Positions 1 to 15,800 of a stretch of 64,000 nucleotides of DNA are shown here, in pieces. The stretch is from Balanoglossus misakiensis. Lineage: Eukaryota; Animalia; Hemichordata. The stretch lies in the NCBI GenBank assembly GCA_040954595.2, contig CM082597.2, positions 2,900,265 to 2,964,264 of the forward strand, written 5' to 3'. The position numbers were made by a program, and so were the translations under genes. The notes beneath the pieces are model-generated. The model saw only the letters and a program-made list of their open reading frames with translations, did not search any database and was not told where the DNA came from. Numbering within the stretch: position 1 is the first letter of the stretch; each line of letters opens with the position of its first letter.

Positions 1-813
1 AATCTTATTAATGATATCCTTGCTGTGGCATTGGCAAATGAAATAAGCACCGTTTCACTGCATATAAAAGGAATTACTAAAAATACTGCAAATTACTGTT
101 TCCATCAACACAGATTGGCACAAATCTAATTACTATATATCAGACTAACTCTACTGTCCAATACGTGAAAAAAAAACTTTTTATGACAGGAAGAATGGAT
201 TTACATGATCTTTTGGTTTGGAATGCAGGAAATTGTAAATGAAATGTTTCATTCTCAGGTTTGTTCATCAGAATTGGAAGCTATTTTTGTGTCATTTGCA
301 TGCTATACGTAATGACAGTATCAAAGTTCAAAATTGGTTTTTAAATATAAATTTAGTACATAGCACCTTTACATGTATGAAAATTATCAAAACATTGGTA
401 CTTTTTATTTTCTGCATTAGATTTAAAATATTCCTTTTTAGACATGTCAGACTGGTCCAGCAGACTGACAATGTTATAATCCCATTAATATATTAAAATT
501 TTGGATTGTTGTTTCAAAGCAAAATTACTGGCTAAAACATGTGTTTACTTGGAAGACACTTAATGAGTACTGCAGATGTCACCTGATAATATACCGGTAC
601 AATGTGGATTATAGGAGAATTCTAATAGGAAATTGTCAATAATACCGGTATCAACAATTGTAAAAGGCTTTATAAGATAGCTAGTCTATTATAAATTGAA
701 TTTGTTTCACCTGTTTATAGGTAACTCTGTTTGTAAATTGTTTGTCAACTTTTGAAAATGGTGCACATACCCAGCTGTAATTACAGTACAATAGTGCGCT
801 TCATATCATGTTC

Positions 814-3800
814 TTATTGAGATTTGGCAATTTTGCCAAAGTCTACCATAGCATACGCCACCGATTCTTCTTCTGGTTTGGGTTTCACTGGTGGTTTGGG
901 CTTAGTGCCTGGCTTCTGTGGTCTTCCACCTTGGAATTCTAGGTCAGCGTATGTAAGTCCCTCCACATTTGCTGCTGGAGGCTGGGGCTGGGGCTGTGGC
1001 TGCAAGTGTAAAATAAACATAGAATAACATCAACATGCAGGCCTCGAAATCAGTTGTGACTTAGACATTTATAGATTGGTAGTCAGCCAAGCAAACTTGG
1101 AAGTCAAAGTTAAATTCTTCGTACATAGTAAAACTTATATTCCGTGAAATCAATGTATATTTTATGGCAACATGCATGTATGCCTGTCAGTAATACAGCG
1201 TTGACATGTCAGTGAAATTTTCTGCCTATTCAGTAGCACAGATGAGATAGCTGCACCTACTGGTTGTCAGTGGTGACTATCCTAGTCACTAAGGAGCAAT
1301 CAGTAGTCAGCTGGCATGTGACTATACTGCTTACTTTGAGCCCTGTATATTAAACATGGCAAGAAAGTTGTCTAGTTGTATGTGCAGCTTGCTCTCTATC
1401 TAAAATCACACTCACTTGTTCAGCCTTCGGAACTGCAACTTCATATGGATTTTCTTGTTGCTGGCTTGGTGGCTTTGTATCTTTAGACCTAGCTGGTGGT
1501 GGTGGATTTTCAACTGGTACATCATCATATGGACGCTCTTCCTGGGTCTTTTTGGCTTTCTTTGGTTTTGGCAGTCGTTTTTTCGCCTTCCCTCCTGTTG
1601 GAGCTGGAGTCACATCAGCATAGGCAGTGTCTGGAGCTTTCTTCTCCCCACCCTTTCCTTTGTCAACATTTGCATATGCAGATCCTTCATCTTATAGATA
1701 TGAATAAATGAGAGGTGATTTTAATGGAATTTTGATGGAACTGCCACAGCATTGTCCAAGATCAAAGAGTAAAATATCTTTTGATATGTTGCTTTCAAAT
1801 CGATATATAAGCACCATCTGGCTTGTTCTTTTAATTTAGGAGAAAAACTCAAAACACTCCTTACTGAATTATAAAAAAAGATATCCTGACTTACGTGGGC
1901 AATATGTGCCAGAAAAAATATGATTCAAGCAAAACAGCACAATTTGTTGTACCGGTACATGGGTTTGCTTACTGTCACTGATACATTGTTGTGGTATGTG
2001 AAGCAAACTCATAAATTGAAGCAATTTCTTGAAAATATCGAATGCGTCATAGGGACCAGTTATGCACAATACCTTTCCCGTTAGTAAAAAATGGTGGTAC
2101 TGCTTGTGTACCTTCAAGTTTCATATTGGCGTATGGATTGTCCTCAGGTTTTGGGTCTAAAATATGAGAAAAAGTATTATTTCATAAATTAATCAGAGAC
2201 CTCTTGTAATAAATCATTTATCTGCGCAATCACAATAAAACTTTGGTAAAATATTTAATAGCCTTTGTTGAATTCCAAGCTGATCAAACTTCATGATAAG
2301 TAGGAGTTCCCGTGTAAACCAAATACATCTAAAGGATATTAAATACCTTGTTTCTTTTTCTTTTTCATTTTGACTGGAGCAGCATATACTGGGAAAGGTG
2401 TGGCTTCATCAGTTTTAACCGTTTTAATCATTTCCTGGTCACCATCAGTTACATAGGGATTTCCTGCTAAAAGGAAATAGGGAAAGAGAATGTTTTTAGT
2501 CTTTATGTATAGTCATGTAATATTTAAATATAATGTGGCAAGATTTTGTTTTCATCCAGTTGGTCAATATTTTTGTTAAAAACACAATTAGTAAATATCC
2601 AAGAGTATCAATATATGCATGCATATACCAGTTGCCTGAAATTGTTAAATTCATTTTAGATCACTACATGGGAATTGATGAGAGCAATGCAAAATTTAAA
2701 GGAAGTTTAAAGTAAAAGCAGGTACTATGACTCAGACTTGAATTTGACAATTAAATACTGTGAAGTAGCTATAGACTGCAACTGCTAGTTTGCTAACCAC
2801 TACACCGACATTACTTAAAAAGTACCTGGATCAGCAAGCTGTGGTGATAAACCGCCAAAAAAGGAATCTGCATCTTGTAATTCTCTGAGATTGAGAAGAA
2901 TATTAAGTGATCATACAATAAAATACTAGTTAAATTACAAAGGAGATGTCCACTAGAAGTTTTGAAATGTGCACCTTTGATCAAGTCCTTCTGTTCATGG
3001 TTATTACTTCCATTGATACTCAAGTCGATGTCAGAAGCAGACATTGCTGGATTATCAACTCCATCAAACGAAGTCTCTACAGTGTGCCTAATAACCAATG
3101 GAGCATTACAACTAATAAAACATGCAACGTAACTGACAGTTGTTTGATTGTAGGTCTTTGATTAACATACTGTAAAATGGAAAATTTTCACGAAAGATGA
3201 ATTTTCGCCAAGTTTGCGAGAACCAAAAACACGATAAAAAATAGTCGTGAAAGAACAATGTCTACAATAGAATGTAATTGTCGCCTCTGTTAATATCGCA
3301 AAAAATTTCTTGTCGCGAAATTTGCCCGTTTTACAGTAGATACATGTGCATACACACTATGTGTAGCTACGATATGAAGATTAACGTACTCCATATGCAT
3401 TTAACCCTGCCTCGGTGAGCTCACCAAGAAAACCATGGTTGATACTCAGAATAACAGTTCTGCCAATAGTTACAGATAATGGACCTTTAACATTTACATG
3501 TAAAATTTCTGAGTCAGGTTGATGTACAGTTAAGATATACTTACCCATTTTTCCCATTTGCTTTTTCTATTGAACAATAATGAAAAAAAAATGATTAATT
3601 TTATCTGAATACACATTTCAATTGTGTGCAAGAAGGTAACTGTAAACAAGCTGGTGTATCAGGTAAATAATTACAACTCTGATGGGTCCTCATTTCTTCG
3701 TCACTGTACCTCAAGCCTATTTGGAGTTTCAAGCTCATGTAAGACACTAGTACTAGTAATGTAATAGTGTTTTACTCCATTTGAGGGCCTATTGACCCTT

Positions 3801-6800
3801 TTTAAAGGGTTGCATTTCTATGCATGGACAATTTAATATCGAATGGAATATACTGTTACTTAGCTCAATACTCATTGAAATTGTTTCTTGAAATGAGCGG
3901 CATTTTACATAATTACATAATTGATGAACTTGAAATTTGAATGGGAAAATTTTCACTCAGAATAAAAATAGGCCATATGTTATAATTTTGGCCATTTGTT
4001 TGTTGCCAATAAATGTAATTGCTGATTTGCATTATTATAGATTGAGAGCTGGTTTCATACTTTTTTTAATCTGGGCAAAGTTCCTCCATATGAGAATTGC
4101 CAATACTACTACAACAACAGCCAAAACTGCAATTGATGCCCCGAGGCCTATTGCCAGTGTGGTGGAGGGATCTGCATTCGATGGGGAGCCTGCAACAAAG
4201 CAAATAAAATCTGTAGATAACTGCTGCACTCATCGCCTTAGTCATTTGTTATTTAAATGTAAACACTATTTCCTTCAAAGAAATCTACCAATATACCAAA
4301 ATGTGCGCCTCGGCATGGTATAGGCATTATTACATTTTACACAAAACTTCATTTATGTCCAAAATGGCAATTTTGTCTAACCTTTTGGCTAAAAAAAAAA
4401 ATTGCATACCCATGATGCATTTACTCACCAAAAATCAACTTATATATACGTGCACCCTAGGCTAACGTCTTCAACAACACGTAATAAAAAGCGCAAATAA
4501 TCCAAGACGAATGACAAGGTCTTAAAGCATGAATGTTAGCGAGCAACAATATAGGAAATGGAAGTATGCAGTGTTAGACAAAAAGGAGTTGTAGATAAAT
4601 GAGTAAAAAATTTGAGGTTCTTCAGGATGGCAACCATTGTCATGGTAATACATACCAGTCGATTCATCAGGGGTTTCTGTATGGAAAGAGAAAATAAAAG
4701 ATTAAAATTTCTATGAAATCAAGGCTGTCACGAAGCATATTGAGAGTTAGTTTGTGAATTTTCCAATGAATGCCTATCCCACGAATATATACTTTGCATG
4801 CTTGATGCATATGTTGGTGTGTGGTTTGGATCACTTTATTTTTTTGAGTTAATATTTAGTGTGATTTTTTCCACATCTGAAACAAAATCTGCATTACCTA
4901 CCTAAGGTAGACTGGATTGCTGGTGGGTAACTTTGGCTTGCCCCAAGAATATTTGAACTGACAACAATAACGCTGTAATTTGTTTTTGGAAGCAAACCAG
5001 TAATGGTCCCAAAGTTAGTCGTCATTTTTTGTGTTCTTGTCCGGTTATCTCCATTTTCATTGTTTTTCCAATACTCCAGTTCAAAATCTTGGGTATATCC
5101 TCCATCAAACCCTGGTACCCATGAAAACGTTAAGCTTTCATGCGTTCTGTTCATCAAAATAACATTATCGGCTGGGTCCGGTTTTGCTGTATACAAAAAA
5201 GAGCAAGTTGGTATATTGCACAGTGTACTGGTACATGAAGGTCCTCGTAGGGGTACATTGATGTACTGTCGTCTTCTTGGATTTGGTCAAACATATCTCA
5301 GAAAGCATCCTCATCTTGAAATTGGTGAAGTGCAGCTGTCATCAGGTCGCCATTTCATAATTCCTGTCAACTTTTACTTGTGATTGCTGCTTAAAATTGC
5401 TAATTGAAAGGGCCTACATAGCAATATTTGTCTGTCATGGTTATTTAGAAAGTCACAACAGGTTCCTTATATTGCTGATATTGTAATATAGGTTAGAGAA
5501 GACCCCGAATTCTGCTAGTGCTAATACCTCGGTCGAAAAGATCTTTCGTTGTGGATAAGCATCGAACATTGGTCAAAGGGTTAATGAGGAAATGTAGATT
5601 AAAATAAGCATCTTTAAAAGAGAACAATTATGACAGTAAATGTCTATGACAACTAAAGTGAATAATAAAGGAGTAGAAACTTACTGTGGCCCGTTAGGTT
5701 CACCACAAAGACAATATCAGCAACATCGTTGACAGCATAACAGCGGTATTCACCAAAATCATATGAAGTAATGTTAGATATAGTCAGTGTACTTGTTGTG
5801 TTGGTATCCAATTGCCTTTCCTGAATCATGAACTTGTTGGTATTATTGTTAATAGTTCTGTTAGTTTTGTCAAACCATGTTATATTGACGGCTGGGTTAC
5901 TGTTTATTTCACAGTTTAGATCCACAGTTTCTGTTTCATCTGCTGTTCCTCTTTTGTTGTTATTAGCATTGATTATATATGGCTTATCTAAAAGAGAGAA
6001 ACACAGAACATTTATTCAGAAGTATAAATATATTGCATTAATATACCCTAACTGAATGCAGATCATGTCATAACATACCGTACTTACATATTCTAAACTC
6101 TCATTTTGTATAGAAATATCACTTATAATTATAGGATATCTTTGTCTCTATGTAATATAAACATTTTTCTAGGAAAATGAATATGTATGTAGTAAAAAAA
6201 GATATCTCTCAGTTTCTCCCATTTACAAGATAAAACTTGAACCCAACCATGTATTTATCCAGATAAACATAGTAATAAATCTGAGCAAAGATGCAAATTG
6301 TGCCATGAAACTAAGCTTTATGGAAAAGATATGGCTTTGTAAAAATTGTACAGTAAAATGCAGTGCCAGGGTCAAATAAAGTTGTCAAGCCAGGAAAGCG
6401 AACTGGAAATTTGATTAATTCTCCCTATAATTTCTTTAGCAATATATCATGCAATTGTTGATTTTATTTAGCCAATACCATCACCAATCTATGTGCTTTA
6501 AACAGTTCATAACTTGTGAATTGTATACTTACAGTAAACAATAAGTTGAAAACTATTCGACTCAGTTTCATGGCTGAAGTAGGTGTTTTTTCCATGGCAT
6601 TTGTATATGTTCATGTTCAGATATGGTTGCAACATAACCACTAGAGATTGCTCAATTATTTTCCCATGGAAGATTCCTTGAGATTCTTCAGTCTTCATTA
6701 AAATTTCATCACCACCGTCTATGATTGGCCTGTCATTCTTATACCATGATAATTCAGCTACAGGGTTGCTGCTTTCTGTCACACATGTCAGTGTCACATT

Positions 6801-9800
6801 GTTTCCTTCTAACACAGGAGATTCCTTGTCTGATATTAATGATGTGCTGTTTGGAGGAACTGAAATAACAATGTCAAATATACCTTATAAATCTAAAATT
6901 TAGAGACACACTTTTAATTTTGTGCTTTTAGCTCAGATAAGAGTTCAATGATAAGTTTGGAATGATACATTGCTTACTTGTCATAATAGTTTTGTAAAAT
7001 TGTTAAAAATTACCAGCTGTTACTTGGAAAAATTATTTGACTCGATGGCAACATATAAAGGCAAAACTACAAATCAAACAGCAAGATCATTGTCTGGAAA
7101 TGAATTTGTTTGTCATCAATTTTTTACTGATAAAACAACTATTACTATTATTAGGTACAGAGGTTGGCCTTGGACTTCCACGTTGCCTTGACCTAAAATC
7201 AAAACATCTAAGAAGGGCATGCCCCATAGGCTGCTAGGTAAAAGGTCACACCATCATAGCAAAAACCATGGTGATGCTATGGAGATTGCTGTCATATTTG
7301 AACATTGAGTGAAGTGTTCACGAAAATGTTGGTTTTGTCTTCATTATTTTTCTCTAGTTGAGTGGAATAACTGAGGTGTCAATGGAAAATAACCATGACT
7401 TTGGGTATTGTGATTATAAGGCATGTTTTGCCTAGGTAAAACAAAAATTGTTAATTTTACACACTTGCCTATGCAATTTTGTTACATTTTACATAAAACA
7501 ATTTCTGAATGCATATTGAAATCTGAAAAAGAAAAAACAACAACTGCAACACAGGGTATTGCTGTAAACATATGGCATTTTAGTTGAAATAGGCCAATAA
7601 GTTAACCAGACTTTGTTGACTAATTTTTGGATGAACTTTGACCTACTTTTGCATGTGATATCTCCTTGATATCTTTGTGTGAGCTTTGATTTTCTTTTGC
7701 CAATCTTACTTAAGATGGATCAGTATAGATGGGACCAAAATTTCCTTTCTGAAGTGGTTACATTTGAACTTTCATATTTATACTAGAAGGCAGTTCTTTT
7801 TAATTATTCAGGTTTGCAAATGATGAGCCATTATACCTCACATATATTCCATGTAAACAGTGTAAGTGCCTTAGACACTGATGTAAACCGGTAGAATATT
7901 TCATTGAAGCCGCCAACACATTTATTTTAAATATATTATATTACATAAAAAAGTCGTACGGAACGTGTTTTAAATTAGCCTTAAGTTTCAAGGCGCCCCA
8001 CTAACTGTGTACAGGTATGCGCTGTTATGCGGATGGTTTCAAGACACCCGCACTCCAACGCACGTACACAAAAAAAAGATGGCTGCTCACTGTTTCGGCT
8101 GAGCGGTTTACGATCGATTCTATCGGCATTTTGAATGCCAAGTAACATACAACACAAGAACTAACGGAAATGTAAGATGTATAATAATAAGGTTATTACA
8201 AAAATTCCGCAAAGTATGCACGAGGACATTAGCGCAGCGATACTGGGCGCTAATGTCCTCGTGCATACTTTGCGGAATTTTCGTGATAACCTCATATTTC
8301 ATAAAGGACACTTATAAAGATTGAGACATGCTAAGCTTTTACATGTAATATTGTATTTACTGCATATGCTACATTTCAGCGATGATGGTTATTGCAGTAT
8401 AGTACTCACAATGTACTTCAATCTGTTGCGTTGAAGAATTAACTGGGCGTTGAAATGGCAATGATGTCGACTGGCACTGAAATACCGCAGCATTATGAGA
8501 AGCATGAAGTGTAATTGTTAACTCCTGTGTTGTTATTTTGCCACCATGGTTTCCATCTGTTTCTTCGGGTGTCTTTAGGTTTTCCTGAGGGTTGTCTATA
8601 ATTTCAGTTTCATTTTTGAACCATTTGACTTCAGATGGAGGGTTACTGCTTTCACTTGTACATGTCATGGTCAGGTTGGTTCCAATTTTCTGTGCTACCG
8701 TGTATCCACTAATGAAAACTGTAGATGGTTGAACTAGAACAATTTGTTCATAAATTTATTAAACTATGAAAGGAAAATGTACACGTTGACCATAACAACT
8801 GTTATGAAACCTAAATTGTTTGTCTGATAATTCTTTATCTGCTTTGTTATAAAGAAATTGTGATAAGATGTTCATATAATTCATAATTTTTGTATAAATT
8901 GTTATCTGTTGAAGTTCTGTAAACATGAATGTATTATCATTAAAACTCCAAAAACAACAAACAAAAGAAATAAAAACTTACAGTACACAGTAAGCTTTAT
9001 TTCCTCAGAGTCAGATGTTCCTGGGAAATTTGCATTTTTTGCTTTGCATTGAAATGTTGCATTGTTGTGATTTGGTTGCAAGGATGATATTGTGAGCTGT
9101 TGAGTAGTAGTAGTTCCGTTGTGTTTACCAGTTTGTGTTTGGGCAGTATTTGTTGTTTCATGGTTACCACCAAGCCATTCCCCGCCATTTTTTAACCAGG
9201 ATATTGTAGCTGCTGGATTACTGCTTGCTGTATCACATGTCAATACAAGTTCTTCATTTGCTTTCTTTACACCCGAAAAACCACTCAGTGATGTTGAAAC
9301 TGGTGGAACTAAAAAAACAGTAAGAAGTCAATTTCATATACACAATCCAATCTGCATGAATAGAAAACATTGGGAAAATCATGTTGGAACACCAAAGTCC
9401 TTTGAACAGATATGTATGGTGATTTAAAATAATGTTGCAATGAACTTCTACAGAAAATTGAACAGGTTTTCAGTTGCAAGGCACTTACACTATTTACACA
9501 AACAAGTTAGATGTAATCAGTCACCATTTAAAAATTCATACAGAATTTCCAACTTGACAAGAAAAATCCATTTACAGCACTTTGCTGATAAATATTTAAA
9601 TTGGAAAATAAAATGCACCTTTTCTTTTTTATACTAGCATTGTCAACTGGAGTGTGATTTAGACTCTTACCACATTGATTTATGAATTTCCTTTTCATTA
9701 TTTTAGGGCTGAATTTGAGAAAACATTTCTCCGTGTGCGTATTAAAATCCATAGAGTATTTTACAGACTCAGTGGTTCATTTCAAGGTCAACTGCTTGGC

Positions 9801-12800
9801 TTGATATACGCATGCAATAAGGAGAATACTGTCTCAACTCAGGCTTTTTGCAAGTCTAGTCCAGAAATATGCATTAAAATCTAGTTTAAAAGTTCAATTG
9901 GATTGTTTTTCAACAAAACTACGACTGCAGTTTCTTATGGATGAGTTTCATTATTAAATTTTCACTGTATATGTCAATATTTTAAATTTAGATTTAACGA
10001 GTTCTATAGTATTGCACTGAGACTGACCCAGTAAAGATTGCATTTGATGACCTGATCATGCAAGCAATGTGGCAACTACAGGGGTTTTGTATGGATTCTC
10101 CATGTTAAACTGTTGTTCATTTCTATTAATTCTCCTTTGTCTGACACCAAGAACAAAACCGCAAACCGGCAAAAAACATGTGAAATTCTTCTGGTATGTG
10201 GTAGTACCCATCAAGGAAGTACTTCTTGCATCCAGAGCAAACAGTGAATATGTACCGGTACATTGCAGCCTTGTGGTCACTCCAGCCTGCAGCATGCCCC
10301 CTTGCAACTCTTACAATGGGAAAGCCTATCGCCTGTCTATTACCCAAGTAATTTCCTTAAATCATGTGAAAATTTTAATAATCCATCTAATACTATTTCA
10401 CATATGAAATGGCATGTACAAAATTTTAAAAAAAAAGTTACTAACAAAGACACAACAGGATAGTCCAATTAATTCGTTACGATGTCTTCAAAATAAGGAA
10501 ATAATGGAGGACACTGTACTTACATGTACTCATAAACTCCACGACAATGATAATCAAACATTTCATCATCTGCACAAGACTGGACATTTACACATTGACA
10601 AAAAAACAAAGCTTGCAACTTAAAGGCACGTAAGCTGCAACTGAATAAAAAATTTAAGTTTTAAATAATCTCATATATGCTTTTAATTATGTCTATTAAA
10701 TGCTATTTCATGATAATATATCAAGCTCAACACTTATTTATGACAAAATGGCCAAAAATTAAAGAAAAACGAAAATTCCTGCAATTTTAAAAAAAGTGCA
10801 ATATTGCGATGAAAAATGAAAATATGATGTCTCAGTGGTGTACATTTACTTCCATGAGCTCAAGTGGATGAGATCATGTTTTGTTTATGAAGTTTCATAA
10901 CCGGAAATGCAACATTTTCATTGTTTCTTGCATTTTCCCACGGTGGCGGCCATAATCGCTTGCGGCAAAGCTTTATTATTTATCTGGTTAAAACTTGCAT
11001 ATGCACTCATATTTAGGGTTTATAATGCTTGTGTATAGTTCACTGCCTTCATCTGCATGGACTAATGGTAGTGCAGTTTGAAACAAAAATTATGAAAATT
11101 ATCCCAAAAGTTACAGCTTACGTGCCTTTAAGGCGAAATAGCTGCCCTGGTTGATGCACATATTTCGAGATATGTTACCAGTCAAAGTTTGATAAATATA
11201 AATATCCTTTCACTCGAAATATATAGTCGTAGCCTAGGGTTCCAGTCTCATTAAAACTGGATCAAATAGAAATAATGCCAAATTCATCACAAAATTTTGC
11301 AGTGCAGTACGTGCCATTATAAGCTGCAGCAAAATATGGAAACAAAGATCATGCTGGTATTACAACACATGACTGTAATGTCAGGCTCAAGTCTTCTCGC
11401 ATTCACACTTGCCAACTGTTACATTTCTCCAAGGATGTGTACGGTGTATGACTAATGTTATGATAATATTACAACTGTATATATATATATATATTAGCAT
11501 GTATACTGTAAAAAAATAATTATATTATATCATGCTACCGTCTGCCATTCTGATTGGACGAGAGCTCAATCCAGCGATGCTAAAATACTCAATATAGCAC
11601 TGCTAAAACGGGCCCCTGAACTAGCATATGCGGCAGCAAAATGTGCGGTTAAACCACAGTCGCATGTATTTAAACCAAATGAATAAAATAAAAATACTGT
11701 TGAATTAACGGACGTTTTATTTTTGAACTTCTCTGTGGGAATATTTGGTATTTTGCCATGCATGATGCCTGTCTTGTCAATTTTGTCGTCTGCTTCATGT
11801 TTAATGCTCGATCCCAGCCGCTCCTTAATACAACCACACCCAACCACAAATAATGTAAATATCAATACTTACAGCTTACAATGAAAACTCCTAGCTGACA
11901 TGATGGTGGTGATGAAGCTGTCGCCATATTTGAAGCATAGCATTTATATGATGCCTGATTGTCTTTCCTTTCTAGAGTCCATTCAAAATTATTTGTTACT
12001 GTATTCCCGTTGTCTGGAGGTGCTGTCTCACTCACATTTTCATCAGTGTTATCATTAAACCATTGTAAAGTAGGCAGAGGATAGCCGCTGTCTGTCTGGC
12101 ATGTTATTGACATGTCTGAACCAAGCAGGTAGTTTGCTTTGACTGGAGCTACCTGGATACAAGTTGGCACATCAGGGGGGTCTGTCAAGAGAAAATTCTG
12201 ATATAGTCATTGTCAATTTAAGTAATAAAATGGACAGGCATATCACAAGAATTTGAAAAGCCCACAATATAAACACACAAGCATGAGCAAGTGCATCCAG
12301 TAAGGATATTGCATTTACTCTCATCATATCGTACGTATCAGCATAGGCATCACATCTCTGGAATGATCGAATCTTTTAGGAACATGTGATGTCGCATTAC
12401 ATTGGCATATGCATCACATCTGGCATCAGTTACTGTGATCGCATCGTATCACCAATCCATTTGCTAGTGATCCATCTATGAACACTTGTGCATTTGAAAG
12501 TTATGGTCGACACAAGGCTATTGTAGTCACCTTTACAATTATGTAAAATCTAGTTAACTGTTTGTGTAACTAAAACCAACAGAAGAACTGTATTAAAATA
12601 TAAAAGACTTTGAAACATTGTCAAAACTTTATAAATACATATAAGACATGTTTTGAAAGCATTTAAAATGACTCAATCAACATGAGTTAATATGCCCAGA
12701 TCAAGGAAATAAAAAAGGATGTAATAATAACCTCATAAACTAAGAAAAAATTTAACTGCAAAATTTAGTCGCCCAAACAGGTGCTTCATTCTACAATAAA

Positions 12801-15800
12801 GCAAGAACAATTTTGAATTATTGGGCAATTCAACAAAACATGCTACTCATGAATTTGCAGGTGAGAGAGGAAATTAAAACATCACACAATGTAATGCCAT
12901 TAACTGTCAGTTCTCTGTTAATACTTGACCTAATAAAAGTTCAAAGCTACTCATGGTGACGTCCATTGCTATATTCACCGTGGTGGTAGTACTACACTGT
13001 TATCTCACAAAATTTGAATGAATCCATGATTTTTTTATCATTTGCTTCTTGTAGCTCATGACACCTGCCAAAAAAAGCATTTAAATGTAGGAACAAGTAT
13101 TTTTCTGCAACAAGTGCAGAATTGAACTTTGTACTCATGAACTAATTTCTGCATGATAATCATATTAACCTTGGTTTCCTGCCCTCCTCCCTCACTCTAG
13201 GTAACACTTTGAGCTGAGCCTATTGTTTGTAAGTGTTGTTTTCTATAGAGTCACTTAGTCTGTTTTCCAATAGTGGGTTCCACTTTATCGAAATATGACT
13301 GTAGATGTGACATTTTATAGAAATCATTTATATAAATCTTATATGTTAATTTACTCACAGTAAATATCAAGTGTGATAGTGGTGGACACAGAATCCATGA
13401 AATTTGTCGCTGTGCAGGTCAAGTCTGTTCCACTGTCATTTCTGTAAGCTTTGTCGATAGTCAACACTGTATAATCGTCATTCAGGTAATATCTTGGGAA
13501 CAGATGCAATGGTTGGTTGTTCTTCTTCCAGGAGTAGCTAGGTGGTGGCCCACCATCAGAATGGCAACTTAATTCGGCTATTTGACCTTCAATGGATACA
13601 ACATCTCCCAATATTCTGGGTGTTGATGGGGCTACTGCTTCTGTAAGTTGAACACAATATGCCATTTATAGATATTTAAAAGATTGGATGAAACTAACAT
13701 TACAAAATATCTTATTAGCGGGGCAATTAAACTATTTTAGAAGGATGTTTCAATTGAGTGATTTGCCAGTAGATCTATATTGTATTATAAATGTTACTGA
13801 GGATGTAAATGTGCACGGTTCAAATCCCATTAGATGACCCTATCTTCATTCTGCAGGCATTCATCTAGCAAGTTAAAAAACAGGGCTTGACATACATTTT
13901 TTCCTTGGTAGTCCAATTGGGCTACCATTTTGAAATTGGTCCCCAGGGATTATGTCTGTAATTAGCCCATTGTATGTATTGAATGAATGATGTTTGTTTA
14001 TGAAGCAGATCATAATAAAAGCCATTTTTTGTGAATCATCAGTGCCTGTGAAGTAAAGTTTCCAGTCATTTGACATAAATACCTGCAATCTTAGTCTGAG
14101 GAAAGTGGTAATGAGTATACGGTAGCACCCAACAGTTTGTCGACATATGTACTTATGACTTGAGGTTTATATGTAAATTTATATGTAAATTTTGCAAGTT
14201 GCTGTGACTTTAAATGCTGTAATTTAGTAATTTGAAACTTTGTTGCATAATAAAGCTGCACTGTGGTCTTTTTAATTTGCATGTTAAAGGTGATAATGGA
14301 GCTTTTGTCCAGTTAGAGACCATCCATATCAGTGTGTCATCAGAGCGACAAAGATGGATCAGACATCACAGAATTTGAGGCCACTTAGGGCTAACAATTT
14401 TCGATCCCCGTATATATAGCCATATGGATTGTGACAATTTCTATAAATTTTCATGTTTGTGGTCAGAATGTCACAGACAACTATATTCAGAATAATATTT
14501 TATGAAAATAAAATACCTTTCATCACACACTTGGAAGGGTAAACTGCTGCTGATGGTTCTGATGATTGCCAATATATTATTTATTGGTCTTTTGAGAACT
14601 GACCCGTTCACCCAGTGATCAGTTAAATCAATGGTGAATTGCCCAGTGTATTGCCAGTTATATGTGCAGGGGCTCGTCGCCTTGTCTGGAACTTTGAGCG
14701 AGTATGGATGTAGTTCTGCGTGAAGGTGTGGATGGAAGAGAGTGCATGTTGTAGAAGTACTGTGAAAGTGTGGGCTCGCTATCCTGTTATAGGCCTAAAT
14801 ACTACCCTGTACCTAGGTAGACAGAGATCATGTTTTCTTTGAACAAAATAAAATAATCCGTGTTTAGCAATAAAGTTGTGATCACTTAAGATGGGGCACC
14901 CTTATACTTTTGCTGTTACTAGCCCCTGGTCTGATATTCATGGTGGTTTTGTTCAAAACTGAGTGTACAGTTTCATACAGGCACATAGCAACCAGCAAAA
15001 AATTATGGGTGCCCCATCTTAAGAAGGTAATAATAATGATGGAACTCCAGGACCTCTGACTGGAATCTCTGAGATTCAAAATGACTGAAACTTGCCATTT
15101 TAAGAGGCTTTCGATAGGGACTATTTTATCTCTATTTCATATATCACCTGTGAAGAATACCACGGGCAACAACAAGGTAATCAGCAGTACATATGCAATA
15201 ATACAATTGTACTAAATAACATTAAAATTGATAAGGAAAAGTTACTGAGATTGAGAAAAGAGGAAATAAAAGATGCTAAAAGTGGCCCTTTTATTGATTA
15301 TACAAGTTAAGGTAGAATGTCTAATTTTCTACTTAAAACTGGTTTACTGGAAGTATAAGAGTTGGGTTTCTCTTTTAGAACAATGTAATTTAGGTGTCAA
15401 GGTACATACAGAAATACATACATCCATGCAACGTCAGTATTTGCCACTTTTTATTGTTCTCGCAGTAAAGATATTAGCCGGTATTTTCACCGAGTGAAAA
15501 TATGGAATATTATTATACACCTACTGCTGTAACCTATGGAGTTCTGTAATTCAATAATTGGCAGTATCAGCATACAATAATTATTCAAATGAGGACGCGG
15601 AGTCCCATAACACCAGGGTTATTGAACGCATTTTGACTTTGACCTCACAGGTGTTCAATGTAAACAATGATGATATTAAACCCTACTCTGACAAACATTT
15701 ATATAAAAAAGTACACAGTTGTTATTAATCTAAACTACTGGTGACCCTAGATGCGAAATAAGTCAAAATCTGCGATGAAATTTCAGTCGAAGGAATATGT

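Noticed and set aside
1037-1344. hAT-like MITE (caggcctcgaaat ... actttgagccctg)
   Set aside because: TIR is short and imperfect, and no 8-bp target duplication was found.
10056-10407. Overlapping Cys-containing ORFs in a gene A intron
   Set aside because: No recognisable motif or splice support; probably spurious or a decayed transposon.
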